Below, in pieces: positions 44,532-54,083 of a DNA stretch of 64,000 bases. The DNA comes from Colwellia polaris (GTDB lineage Archaea; Nanohalarchaeota; Nanosalinia; Nanosalinales; Nanosalinaceae), in NCBI GenBank assembly GCA_047617785.1, contig JBLGBK010000003.1:22853-86852 (forward strand). Reading direction: 5' to 3'. Position numbers and translations under genes: made by a program. A model generated the notes under the pieces. That model searched no databases, was not told the origin of the DNA, and saw only the letters and a list, made by a program, of their open reading frames with translations. Numbering within the stretch: position 1 is the first letter of the stretch; every line of letters starts with the position of its first letter.

Positions 44532-47222
44532 ATGCCGGAGATAGATTTCCATCCTGAAAGTGAGGCCTCAGACACGCTTCCTGAAGACTTCCAGCCCTAC
44601 GTTAAGGACTGGTTTAACTCCAAGTTCGAGTCATTGAGCCCTCCGCAGAAACACTCGTTCCAGCTAATACATGAGGAACAGAACTCTCTCATCTGCGCAC
44701 CAACAGGTTCCGGTAAAACGCTGTCCGCATTTCTCTCCGGATTAAACGAACTATTCCGACTCGGTGAAAAAGACGAGCTAGAGGATCAGATCTATATGGT
44801 CTACGTTTCACCTCTTAGAGCACTGAACAATGATATTAAGAGAAACTTAGAAGACCCGCTTAACGAAATCCGAGAAAAAGCGGAGGAACACGGCCACGAG
44901 GTACCGGAAGTCCGATCAGCTGTAAGAACAGGAGATACTACTGATGCAGAGAAATCAAAAATGCTTGAAACGCCGCCACACATACTGATAACAACGCCAG
45001 AATCTTTGGGGATACTTCTCAACTCGCCAAAGTTCCAAGATCATCTGAAAAATGTTGAATATACTATTGTGGACGAAATCCACAGTCTATCAGAGAACAA
45101 GAGAGGAGTACATCTATCTCTCTCACTTGAACGACTTCAGGAAATGGCTAATACCACGCCGACGAGGATAGGTTTATCGGCTACGCAGGCACCGATAAAG
45201 GAGATTGCCAAGTATCTTGTAGGCTTCAAGCCGAAGAAAAGAGATAGCTACATGAAGGAAACAGAGTACGATGATATACCTGCAGATGAAGAGATGCTGG
45301 ATGCTGAAAACTTTGAATCGCGCGGATGCCAGATCGTAGACGTCGCAGCGTCAAAGGAGATCGATCTAGAAACAATTTCTCCGGTCAGAGATCTAATACA
45401 CACAGATCCGGGTGAAATACGCGAGGCGATGTACGACCAAATACATAATCTGGTCGAAGAACATGAATCTACTATAATATTTACCAATACTAGAAGCGCA
45501 ACGGAACGAGTAGTCAACAATCTGAAAGAGCGCTTTCCTGATTATTACGACGATAATATTGGCGCGCATCACTCCTCTATGAGCCGTGAAAAACGCTTGG
45601 AAGTCGAGGAAAGATTGAAGAAGGGAGAAATGGAGGTAGGAGTTACATCTACCTCTCTAGAGCTCGGAGTTGATATTGGAACAGTTGACCTTGTGCTGCA
45701 GATCGGATCTCCAAAAGGTGTTGCACGTGGAATCCAGAGAATCGGCCGCTCAGGACACAAAATCGGTGAGAAAGCAAAAGGAAAAATGATCGTGACGGAT
45801 AGAGATGAGGCAGTTGAATGCTCTGTGCTTACAAAATGTGCTAAAGAGGATGACCTGGATAAAATACAGATTCCAAGAAACGCTCTGGATGTACTGGCAC
45901 AACATGTGGTTGGAATGGCATGTAATCATAGGTGGGATATCAACCGCGCATTCAACACGGTAAAACAGAGCTATTGCTATCGTCACCTCAGTGAAGATGA
46001 CTGGGATAATGTTCTCAAGTACCTTTCTGGAGAATACGAATTGGAAGACCAGAATGTTTACAGTAAGATCTGGATTAACCGTGATAAAGAGCTATTCGGA
46101 CGCTCGGGAAAGATGACGCGCGTAATATATATGACCAACATAGGGACAATACCAGATGAATCTGGTTACGATGTGAAGACGCGTGGAGAAGGAAACTATG
46201 TTGGAACTCTAGATGAAGAGTTCCTTGACCGGTTAACGAAAGGCGATATATTTACTTTAGGTGGTTCAACCTATCAATTCTCCTACGCAAAGGGTATGAA
46301 GGTTTTTGTTGATCCTAAGCCTCAGAGCAAGCCAACTGTGCCTTCTTGGTACTCTGAACGTCTTCCTTTGAGCTATGATCTTGGTATGAAGATAGGAAGA
46401 TTCCGGGCAAGGATTGCAGAACAGCTTGAATATGGGGCGGGAGATGATGATATCATTCAGTGGATTATGCATAACTACTATCTGGATGAGAACACGGCTA
46501 ACTCGATTTTCCAGTATGTGAAGGAGCAGTATCAGTTCACGGGCCAAGTATCTTCCAACGAAGATATTGTGGTTGAGAAATACATAGATGATGATAACCG
46601 TCAGAATCTTATCTTTCAGACAACTTACGGTAGAAGAACTCACGACGCACTGGCGCGTATAATGGCCAACGTCCTACAAGACAAGTTCAATACCAATATC
46701 GGAATGGTTATTGATGATAACGGTTTCATCCTGCTGACGCCGCGTAGACCTGTTGATCTTGACTGGATAATGGAACAGCTCAAGGAATGCAATCCTGAGG
46801 AGGAATTACGTGATGCAGTGTCTAAGACAGAATTGATGAAGCGTCGTTTCCGGCACGTTGCGGGTCGTAGCCTGATGATTCTCAGAAACTATCAGGGAAA
46901 TTCCAAGACGGTAGGGCAGCAGCAGATGAAAGGACATTTCCTGCTTTCAACAGTAAGAAACCGTTATGATGAGGACTTTCCTATGGTAAAGGAGACTTAC
47001 AGAGAGATTATGGAGGATGCTATGGATATTAAGCATACCTTGGAAGTGATTGACGGTCTTCGTGATGGAGATATCGATTACAGTATGTATGATGCAAACA
47101 TTCCATCTCCTTTCAGCCATAACCTGCTTCTGCAGAACAGTACGGATGTTGTGAAGATGGAGGATAGGAAGAAGCGTTTGAAGGACCTGCATCAGAAGGT
47201 CATGGAGAGGATCGAAGATTAA
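44532..47222 (+). CDS. lhr: Lhr-family ATP-dependent helicase
   Basis: APTGSGKT, SPLRALNND, ITTPESL, DEIH, KRG.HLSLSLERL, QRIGRSGH, IGTIPD. Confidence 0.95.
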   Translation: MPEIDFHPESEASDTLPEDFQPYVKDWFNSKFESLSPPQKHSFQLIHEEQNSLICAPTGSGKTLSAFLSGLNELFRLGEKDELEDQIYMVYVSPLRALNNDIKRNLEDPLNEIREKAEEHGHEVPEVRSAVRTGDTTDAEKSKMLETPPHILITTPESLGILLNSPKFQDHLKNVEYTIVDEIHSLSENKRGVHLSLSLERLQEMANTTPTRIGLSATQAPIKEIAKYLVGFKPKKRDSYMKETEYDDIPADEEMLDAENFESRGCQIVDVAASKEIDLETISPVRDLIHTDPGEIREAMYDQIHNLVEEHESTIIFTNTRSATERVVNNLKERFPDYYDDNIGAHHSSMSREKRLEVEERLKKGEMEVGVTSTSLELGVDIGTVDLVLQIGSPKGVARGIQRIGRSGHKIGEKAKGKMIVTDRDEAVECSVLTKCAKEDDLDKIQIPRNALDVLAQHVVGMACNHRWDINRAFNTVKQSYCYRHLSEDDWDNVLKYLSGEYELEDQNVYSKIWINRDKELFGRSGKMTRVIYMTNIGTIPDESGYDVKTRGEGNYVGTLDEEFLDRLTKGDIFTLGGSTYQFSYAKGMKVFVDPKPQSKPTVPSWYSERLPLSYDLGMKIGRFRARIAEQLEYGAGDDDIIQWIMHNYYLDENTANSIFQYVKEQYQFTGQVSSNEDIVVEKYIDDDNRQNLIFQTTYGRRTHDALARIMANVLQDKFNTNIGMVIDDNGFILLTPRRPVDLDWIMEQLKECNPEEELRDAVSKTELMKRRFRHVAGRSLMILRNYQGNSKTVGQQQMKGHFLLSTVRNRYDEDFPMVKETYREIMEDAMDIKHTLEVIDGLRDGDIDYSMYDANIPSPFSHNLLLQNSTDVVKMEDRKKRLKDLHQKVMERIED

Positions 47223-47269
47223 AGAAACTCCATCTCGCTATTATTAATTCAGAGGGCATTGAAAGATAA

Positions 47270-48856
47270 ATGATACAGCAACTTGGGAACTACTTTCTGC
47301 AGCCGATGAATCTGGCAGTTCTATCAGTTTTGGTTGTAGTTATTCTGCTGTATCTTCTGAAACCGAAGCCAGAGAAGAAAGTTATGCCATCAATAATGTT
47401 TTTTCAGGAAGATGAGAATCCTGGTAAATTGCGGCAGGGCTTAAGGAAAATTCTACAGAACAAGTTTCTATTTCTTCACCTGCTGATTGTATCGCTTCTT
47501 GCAGTATCTCTTGCTGATCCTTACATAAATCAGGAAACAGAAACAGAAGAAGTAACGATTTATCTAGATTCTACAGCTAACACTGCAGCAAACTTCCAAG
47601 ATGTGAAAGACTATGCTTCTCAACATCTATCTGAACGTAACAATCTGGTTATTGCAGGAGCTCAGACTGAAGTTTACACGGATATTTCGGCTTCAGAGGC
47701 ACGTCAACAAATACGAAACACGGCCTCTACTGAGGTTTATCCAAGTTCTGAAAACAGCTTGGAATCTGCTTCATCGCTTGAAGGCCGACTTTACATAGCC
47801 AGCAACCTAGCGGATTTAACGGATACAAAGGCGCAGCAGCTAATTGATACTTACAGCGATAGAAGATCAGTAGATATCTATGAAACAGATTTTGAGAATA
47901 ACTGGGGTATAACTGATTACAGGTTAGAAGGCGAGCAGATAGAACTTTACGTGAAGAACTACGGTGGTCAAGAAATTATTGGGTTGAATATTAATGATGA
48001 AGAAGTTCAAGAGTTCGAAGCTTCGGAAGGAGAGCTTACGACTATCCGGACCGAGATAAAGCCCGGTAGAAACAACATATCTCTTTCTCAAGATGGTTTC
48101 AGCAGTGATAACAGTATTTATTTGAGGAATCCGTCCTCATCTCACATAGAGGTCGAGATTGAGGGGGAACATCCCTATATGAATGAAGTTATCAACGTTC
48201 TTCCGAATGCTGATATAGGTAGCGAAGATCCTGATATCAAGATTGCCTCTTCCATAGATCGGCAAGATGTTGAAAAAGTTGAAAACGGCCTCACACTCAT
48301 TTATATGGCAGAAGAATCTACATCTAGCTCTCAACTTCCTGTAAAAATCTCTCAAAAGAGTGAAGGCGATATAAGAATAAATCAGCCTATAAGAGATAGA
48401 GTGTATAACGCACACTATCTGCAAGGCAGTCTTGAACCAGGGGCAAAAAACCTGACGACCCCGGACTCCGCTATAGTGAAAATCGAGCGTGGCGAAGGCA
48501 CTATAATCCAGTATAACATTCTTGATAACTCGTTCTCACGTAGTATTGTATTCCCGATTTTCTGGCAGCAAGTATTCCAGAACACAACTGAAAAATTAAG
48601 CATAGAAGAAGCTAACAAATTGACCGGTCAGAGAGCAGAAGGGCGCTTACTAACCTCTCAGGGATATAGCGATGTCAACGGCAAAACCTATGCAGTATCT
48701 ACAACCGGATCTTTCTCTCCTAAAAACCTTGAAACAAAAGACCAAAATACAGGAACAACTACTGAAAAGAAGTCAATTTCCTCAGCTCTTAACATAGGGA
48801 TAGTTTTACTGCTATTAATAGAGTCAGTACTTCTTTACAGAGAGAGGGTGATATAG
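47270..48856 (+). CDS. BatA N-terminal domain / degenerate vWA membrane-anchored protein
   Basis: F..P...LYLLKPKP....PS.MF BatA motif, LA.P, vWA-like segment, FPIFW motif, C-terminal TM LLIES. Confidence 0.85.
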   Translation: MIQQLGNYFLQPMNLAVLSVLVVVILLYLLKPKPEKKVMPSIMFFQEDENPGKLRQGLRKILQNKFLFLHLLIVSLLAVSLADPYINQETETEEVTIYLDSTANTAANFQDVKDYASQHLSERNNLVIAGAQTEVYTDISASEARQQIRNTASTEVYPSSENSLESASSLEGRLYIASNLADLTDTKAQQLIDTYSDRRSVDIYETDFENNWGITDYRLEGEQIELYVKNYGGQEIIGLNINDEEVQEFEASEGELTTIRTEIKPGRNNISLSQDGFSSDNSIYLRNPSSSHIEVEIEGEHPYMNEVINVLPNADIGSEDPDIKIASSIDRQDVEKVENGLTLIYMAEESTSSSQLPVKISQKSEGDIRINQPIRDRVYNAHYLQGSLEPGAKNLTTPDSAIVKIERGEGTIIQYNILDNSFSRSIVFPIFWQQVFQNTTEKLSIEEANKLTGQRAEGRLLTSQGYSDVNGKTYAVSTTGSFSPKNLETKDQNTGTTTEKKSISSALNIGIVLLLLIESVLLYRERVI

Positions 48857-48857
48857 A

Positions 48858-51008
48858 GTGATAGCTTTTGAACAACCATACGCTCTGCTACTCTTAATGC
48901 CTTTAATGGCAGGGGTTTACAAATTTTATGCTTCTGAGAAAGATTTTACATTACTTCACATATCCAGAGCATTGATTGCCGTCCTTGCAGTAGCGCTATT
49001 AGCTCAGCCGATGATAGCTTCTTCTTACATGACTGATCAACAGTCCATAACGTTATTGAAAGATGATTCTGCCTCAACAGAGATAATAGACTACCAGAAA
49101 CCTGAAAGTTCACAAGTTAGCATTAGAGAACAAACTGTAGATGCTGGAAACCCTGATGAAACCACTTCGTCTATTCTTAATCATATTCAAGAGGATAGGA
49201 CCTATCTTATATCCTCTGATCTTAGAATCGATCAGCAAAGGCTTGAAGATGGTGTAAATGAGAGAAACGCCACTCTTCATCTGGTAAAATACTCTGAAAA
49301 GGATGAAATATCTGTAAGTATTAAAGGGCCTGAAGAAAGCTATATATCCGCTGAGAACAGCTTTGCCGTCCAGGTAAGCTCGACAGCAGAGAAACATCCT
49401 GTTCCAGAAGTAAGAGTGGAAGGAGAGGAAGTAGAGTTGGAAGAGACTGAAGAAAATACCTATACCTTCGGCTATAGCTTTGACGATGAAGGAAGAAAAA
49501 AGATTTCGGCATCAATAAACTCAGAGGACAAGTTCTCGGAGAATAATAAATACTATCATGTTGTAGATGTTCAGGAGAAACCTGATATTCTGTATGTAGA
49601 GAACAGAATAGAAGGCTCTCATAACAACTTCCTAGATACAGATTACGTTCAGGAAGTACCTGACAAAACCGAAAAATACGATACATTAGTTGTTAACCGA
49701 GAATCAGCTTCAGATCTGGAAAGCAGTGTTATACAGGGACAGAATGTTCTCTACACCGGCCCTGCAGTTGAAAGCAACTATCTCCCAGTAGAACCATCTC
49801 AAAAATCTTCTCAAGACAGTGAAACATTTGAAAGCGCTCGGGTAGCTATAGTAATCGATATCTCCGTAAGTAATACGCAGGAAATACGCAACAACAAGGC
49901 TATCGCTCTCAACACTATTGATGGTCTTCCTTCATCCTCGCGGGTTGCAATAGTAGCGTACAACGATGAACCGTACCTATTATCTGAACTAACATCTCTA
50001 CAAAACAATAGGGGCTCACTGAAGAATACAGTGAAATCTATAGAAACTAAAGGACCAACAGATCACGCAGTAGGCTTGAATGCAGGTAGGAAAGCGCTAA
50101 GCGATGAAGGAAATATTGTCATGATTACTGATGGAGGGCTGAAAACCGATGCACCGGGTGTGGAGAATGTAAGGGAAAGAACTCTGAGAGCAGCAGCTAA
50201 CACATCTACGACAGTTAATGTCGTTGATACCCAACCGCAGCTGAATCCTGATTTCCTGAAACAGATTTCACGCCTTTCCGATGGTATTTACACGTCTGCA
50301 AGTTCTGAAAGTCCGCTATCATTCGTGTTTGATTCGCAAACCTCTGAGTCAGGGACGAAGGTGGCAACTATAGATGACTCACATCCTATAACCGAAAATC
50401 ACGATTCAACAGTATTTACTGAAGTAGCGCCTACGTCCTCCCAAAATGCAGCTCAAGAACTAATGGTTTCCTCGTCATCAACACCATACCTGTCAACTTG
50501 GAGATATGGAATAGGCAAGGTGGCGACAATCACTGACAAGGATCCTTCATTAAACTCTCTAGCCTCCCAGGATCCGCAGATACTTCTAAATACATTCCAG
50601 TGGCTATCTGACTCATCAGAAGAAGAATTTACTGTTTCTGGTGCTCGTCAACCTTTTTCAACTGAAGTACGTAGCTCAGAAAAGTTTGAAGGGGCAGAAC
50701 AGCTTAACTCAGATACATTTATACGGCAGGTTAATTTCAACAGTACAGGTATAAAGCAGATTGCTGGAAGACCTGTAGCTTACAACTATCCGATTGAACT
50801 AGAGAAAGTAGGTTACAGCAATGAAATAGAAAAGGTAGTCAATAGTTCTGGAGGAGATGTTCTTCAGCAGGATTCAGGACGTATTTCGGAGATAGCTAAT
50901 AAGCAATCGGCGACAGAAAGCCGTAGTATAGAAAACCCGCTTCTCATAGCTCTTGGCGTGATTTTTCTGCTTGAGATCGGTTACAGAAAGAGAAACCGGT
51001 TGATATAG
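48858..51008 (+). CDS. vWA domain membrane-anchored protein
   Basis: F..P..LL N-terminus, MIDAS DISVS...T...TDG, W.YG.GKV motif, C-terminal TM FLLEI..RK. Confidence 0.88.
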   Translation: MIAFEQPYALLLLMPLMAGVYKFYASEKDFTLLHISRALIAVLAVALLAQPMIASSYMTDQQSITLLKDDSASTEIIDYQKPESSQVSIREQTVDAGNPDETTSSILNHIQEDRTYLISSDLRIDQQRLEDGVNERNATLHLVKYSEKDEISVSIKGPEESYISAENSFAVQVSSTAEKHPVPEVRVEGEEVELEETEENTYTFGYSFDDEGRKKISASINSEDKFSENNKYYHVVDVQEKPDILYVENRIEGSHNNFLDTDYVQEVPDKTEKYDTLVVNRESASDLESSVIQGQNVLYTGPAVESNYLPVEPSQKSSQDSETFESARVAIVIDISVSNTQEIRNNKAIALNTIDGLPSSSRVAIVAYNDEPYLLSELTSLQNNRGSLKNTVKSIETKGPTDHAVGLNAGRKALSDEGNIVMITDGGLKTDAPGVENVRERTLRAAANTSTTVNVVDTQPQLNPDFLKQISRLSDGIYTSASSESPLSFVFDSQTSESGTKVATIDDSHPITENHDSTVFTEVAPTSSQNAAQELMVSSSSTPYLSTWRYGIGKVATITDKDPSLNSLASQDPQILLNTFQWLSDSSEEEFTVSGARQPFSTEVRSSEKFEGAEQLNSDTFIRQVNFNSTGIKQIAGRPVAYNYPIELEKVGYSNEIEKVVNSSGGDVLQQDSGRISEIANKQSATESRSIENPLLIALGVIFLLEIGYRKRNRLI

Positions 51009-51093
51009 CGTTTTTCTTCGTTTTTTGGTTAACCTATAAAAGCCGGTGAAGTCAATTATTCGATAACATGCCAAAGGTGTTTCCGCAACTGCT

Positions 51094-51771
51094 ATGAGCT
51101 TTTTTGATAATATACGAGGATCTGTAGAGAAAATAAAACCTGGTTCAGACTCGGATAGCGGAAGCTCTGGAGGATTTGAAGGCTCTGATTTCGACTCCTC
51201 TTTCGATAGTGGAGGAAATGACTCCGGTGGTTCTGCAGGATCAGATTTTGATTCAGACTTCTCATCCGGCGGTGATGGGGGTTCAGACTTCGGCTCCAAT
51301 CCGTCTCAGAATGGGCTCGGTCAAGGAGGAAATCAATCTCAGCCTTCACCTGCTCAGGAACCGCAGGCTCAAGGTCCACAACCGGGAAGTCAAAATAATA
51401 GTTTAGGTCAGAACCCACAGTCTTCCCAACAGCCAGGTCAACAGGTACGACAGCAGAACTCTAATTTAGGCAACTCTGCTCCCGGTCAATCCCGGAATCA
51501 AGCACCTCAGAACTCTGGCGGTTTAAATCAACAGCCAAACCCTGTAAATTCAGGTAATTCGGGAGGTATTGATGCTCCTAATCCCCAGGCTGGAAGGCCG
51601 CAGAGAGGAAGTGATTCTCCGCAGGTAAGTCAGCAGACCGAGCAGAAGATGCAGAATGCAGGTCTTAGTGGTGGTTCATCAGGAACCGGTTCTGGCGATA
51701 TGGAAGAGTTGAAGCAGCAGAATCAGCAGATTATCCAGCTTCTTCAGCAGATTTCCAATCAGCTTCAATAA
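51094..51771 (+). CDS. Low-complexity disordered protein (G/S/D/F then Q/P/N/G), terminal helices
   Basis: 225 aa; SDFDS-like repeats; C-terminal MEELKQQNQQIIQLLQQISNQLQ; T-rich tract after stop. Confidence 0.75.
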   Translation: MSFFDNIRGSVEKIKPGSDSDSGSSGGFEGSDFDSSFDSGGNDSGGSAGSDFDSDFSSGGDGGSDFGSNPSQNGLGQGGNQSQPSPAQEPQAQGPQPGSQNNSLGQNPQSSQQPGQQVRQQNSNLGNSAPGQSRNQAPQNSGGLNQQPNPVNSGNSGGIDAPNPQAGRPQRGSDSPQVSQQTEQKMQNAGLSGGSSGTGSGDMEELKQQNQQIIQLLQQISNQLQ

Positions 51772-51784
51772 ATTTTTCTTTATT

Positions 51785-52111
51785 CTATCTGTTCATTAAA
51801 CCGGATACGCTCCATATTCCTTTGAATAGCAGTATATAAGCCAAGTATATTTTGTAGTCTGCAAATATAGGTGGCTGACCGATATAGAGTATGCCGGCAG
51901 ACATTATGTCGGCAGGACCTCCTAGGTAGTATACAGGTAGCGGTAGAGGTATCGGTTTCAGCATACTTCCTATTCCTTTGAATATCAGAAATGCTGCGTG
52001 AACTTCGGAGATAACTGTGGGTATCTGTGAAACTGTTAGTAAAAGTAGTATGCCTGATAGAAGATCTGTTATTCCTAGTGGATCAGGTCTTATTAATGTG
52101 AGAAGTGGCAC
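51785..52111 (-). CDS. Small hypothetical membrane protein with internal duplication
   Basis: Two similar halves: G..DLLSGILL...LIFKGIGS and G.ADIMSAGIL...LLFKGIWS. Confidence 0.75.
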   Translation of the reverse strand: MPLLTLIRPDPLGITDLLSGILLLLTVSQIPTVISEVHAAFLIFKGIGSMLKPIPLPLPVYYLGGPADIMSAGILYIGQPPIFADYKIYLAYILLFKGIWSVSGLMNR

Positions 52112-52141
52112 GTGTAGAAAATTCTTGAGACCTTGAATTAT

Positions 52142-52606
52142 TTATTCTAGTTCCACGACTTTGTCAGCTGCATTTCTCAGTGCTGTTGAGAAACCGGGCT
52201 CCATACCCATGATAACAGTCTCCTTGCCGTGTTCCTTGGCTTTCTGGATTACAGGTAGGAAGTCTGTATCGCGGGTTACAAGTACGATTATATCTATATC
52301 GTCGTTAAATACTGCTTCCATTGCGTTGACGGACATGTAGACGTCTACATCGCTTTCCTTGTCTTTTTCTCCGCCTAGTCCCAGATCGGCTTCGAAGCCT
52401 TGTGAGATAATGGCTTCAATCAGCTTGTCGGAAGCGTACTGGTTGAGAAAAACTTTACCTATCTTTATCTCCCCAAATTCTTCTACTTCTTCACGTAGAT
52501 GATCTAGATCCAGGTCAAACTCTCTTCTTACTACGTTAGGACCGTCTACAAATACTGCAACGTTCGGTTCGGTTGAAATTCCTTCTTTTAGTTTTTTGAA
52601 GACCAT
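52142..52606 (-). CDS. NYN domain protein (TIGR00288-like)
   Basis: VFVDGPN..RREF, NQYASDKLIEA, DVDV, TRD.DF.P, GFS.AL.NAAD. Confidence 0.92.
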   Translation of the reverse strand: MVFKKLKEGISTEPNVAVFVDGPNVVRREFDLDLDHLREEVEEFGEIKIGKVFLNQYASDKLIEAIISQGFEADLGLGGEKDKESDVDVYMSVNAMEAVFNDDIDIIVLVTRDTDFLPVIQKAKEHGKETVIMGMEPGFSTALRNAADKVVELE

Positions 52607-52675
52607 ATCGAGTTATTCCCTGTTTCTCTGTGTATAATTAATTTAGGAACCTTTTTGAAATAAATAGCCCCCTGC

Positions 52676-53425
52676 CTAGTCTATATTGAAGAAATCTTCA
52701 GCATTCATGGTAGTCCTTTCAACTACCTTTGACTGGTCTAATTCCTTTATATCTGCTATTTTGCCTGCAACCTCTCTTACGGTCAAAGGAGTATTCCTCT
52801 CACCTTTCTTCAGGAACGGCGAATCAGTTTCCAGAAGAAGATTCTCAAGAGGTATATTTTCAGCTAACTCCTGAACGCGGTTCGAGTAAAGCACCTGATA
52901 AGTTACTCCAATAAACATATCCTCATCAAGAGCACGCTCTAACTGGCTTATATTGCCGTTGAAACAGTGAAGATAAGCATCAGCCTCCTTTTCCTCCAGT
53001 ATATCAATCACTTGTTTCTCAGCGTTCCGGCTATGTACAACAACAGGAAGATCCTGTTCTTCTGCAAGTTCAACCATTTCAACGAAAACCTCATGCTGCT
53101 TTTCACGCAATTCTTCTTCCTCAACATGGTGGAAGTCCATGCCTATTTCTCCCACAGCATGGAAATTATTCTCCTCAACCTGGCGCTTTACCTCCTTCAA
53201 CTTGTCAAAACTATCAGTATGTGTCGGATGAATGCCGGCAGTAGCGTAAACAAAATCAGGGTGTTCCTCTTGGAGATTTAGTGAGTCTTGATTGCTTTCA
53301 GGTTCTCTGCCCGAATTAACTATAAAATCAAGTTTTTCCTGGCATTTCTGAATAACTTCTTCTCTATCATCGTCGAACTTATCGAAGTCTAGGTGGCAAT
53401 GTGCGTCAACAGGTTTATGGCTCAT
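52676..53425 (-). CDS. tatD: TatD-family nuclease
   Basis: DAHCHL, GIHP, GEIG.D, HSR.A, HCF, ETDSP. Confidence 0.95.
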   Translation of the reverse strand: MSHKPVDAHCHLDFDKFDDDREEVIQKCQEKLDFIVNSGREPESNQDSLNLQEEHPDFVYATAGIHPTHTDSFDKLKEVKRQVEENNFHAVGEIGMDFHHVEEEELREKQHEVFVEMVELAEEQDLPVVVHSRNAEKQVIDILEEKEADAYLHCFNGNISQLERALDEDMFIGVTYQVLYSNRVQELAENIPLENLLLETDSPFLKKGERNTPLTVREVAGKIADIKELDQSKVVERTTMNAEDFFNID

Positions 53426-54006
53426 CTTTTCTCTCTATCAAGTCTTGCTTCGGTTGCTCCTGTCTGATCCATGTATTTGGAGTCTTTTTTCTCTCCGTAA
53501 GGGTTCTCTGCCTCACTTGTCATGGTTTCAATCGCCATTTGGCAGATACGATCCTCGGGATAGATGGTGATTGGTACGTTACCGAGGTTCTGGATTTCCA
53601 GGGTTATCTGTCCTCTGAAACCTGCGTCAACAAATCCTCCGGCGGCATGAGGGATTAGCCCCATCCGGGCGTAGCTGCTTCGACCTTCTATACGTGCTAC
53701 AAGGTCATTAGGTATATTTACGGTTTCCAGTGTGGTGCCAAGAACGAATTCGCCGGGATGAACGACTATCCCTTCTTCCGGTGTTGCTTTCATGTTCTCC
53801 TGGAGATCGGAGTAGTTCTCCATCTTTTTAGTGTCCAGAGCTTGGACTTTACGGGTTCTGAGTAAGCCGAACTCGTATCCTAGCCGTAGATCAATAGAGG
53901 ACGGTCCTATCTGTAGTTCTTTGTTCACTTCAGGGCCGCCGTCTACATAAACTGCGTTTTCTTCTTCGATTATTTTTTTGATATCTTTGTCAGACAGTAT
54001 AGTCAT
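53422..54006 (-). CDS. dcd: dCTP deaminase
   Basis: ILSDKDI, PSSIDLRLG, EGRSS.AR.G, AGFVDAGF.GQITLE, SKY..Q. Confidence 0.95.
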   Translation of the reverse strand: MTILSDKDIKKIIEEENAVYVDGGPEVNKELQIGPSSIDLRLGYEFGLLRTRKVQALDTKKMENYSDLQENMKATPEEGIVVHPGEFVLGTTLETVNIPNDLVARIEGRSSYARMGLIPHAAGGFVDAGFRGQITLEIQNLGNVPITIYPEDRICQMAIETMTSEAENPYGEKKDSKYMDQTGATEARLDREKR

Positions 54007-54083
54007 ATACTACGGTTTAACTATGCAATAGTTTTTAATCTTCATCTCCGCATTCTTCATCAGTTGAGGAAACTGCCAACACC

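Noticed and set aside
40759-47222. Inteins in RFC small subunit or Lhr
   Set aside because: Normal lengths and no intein motifs
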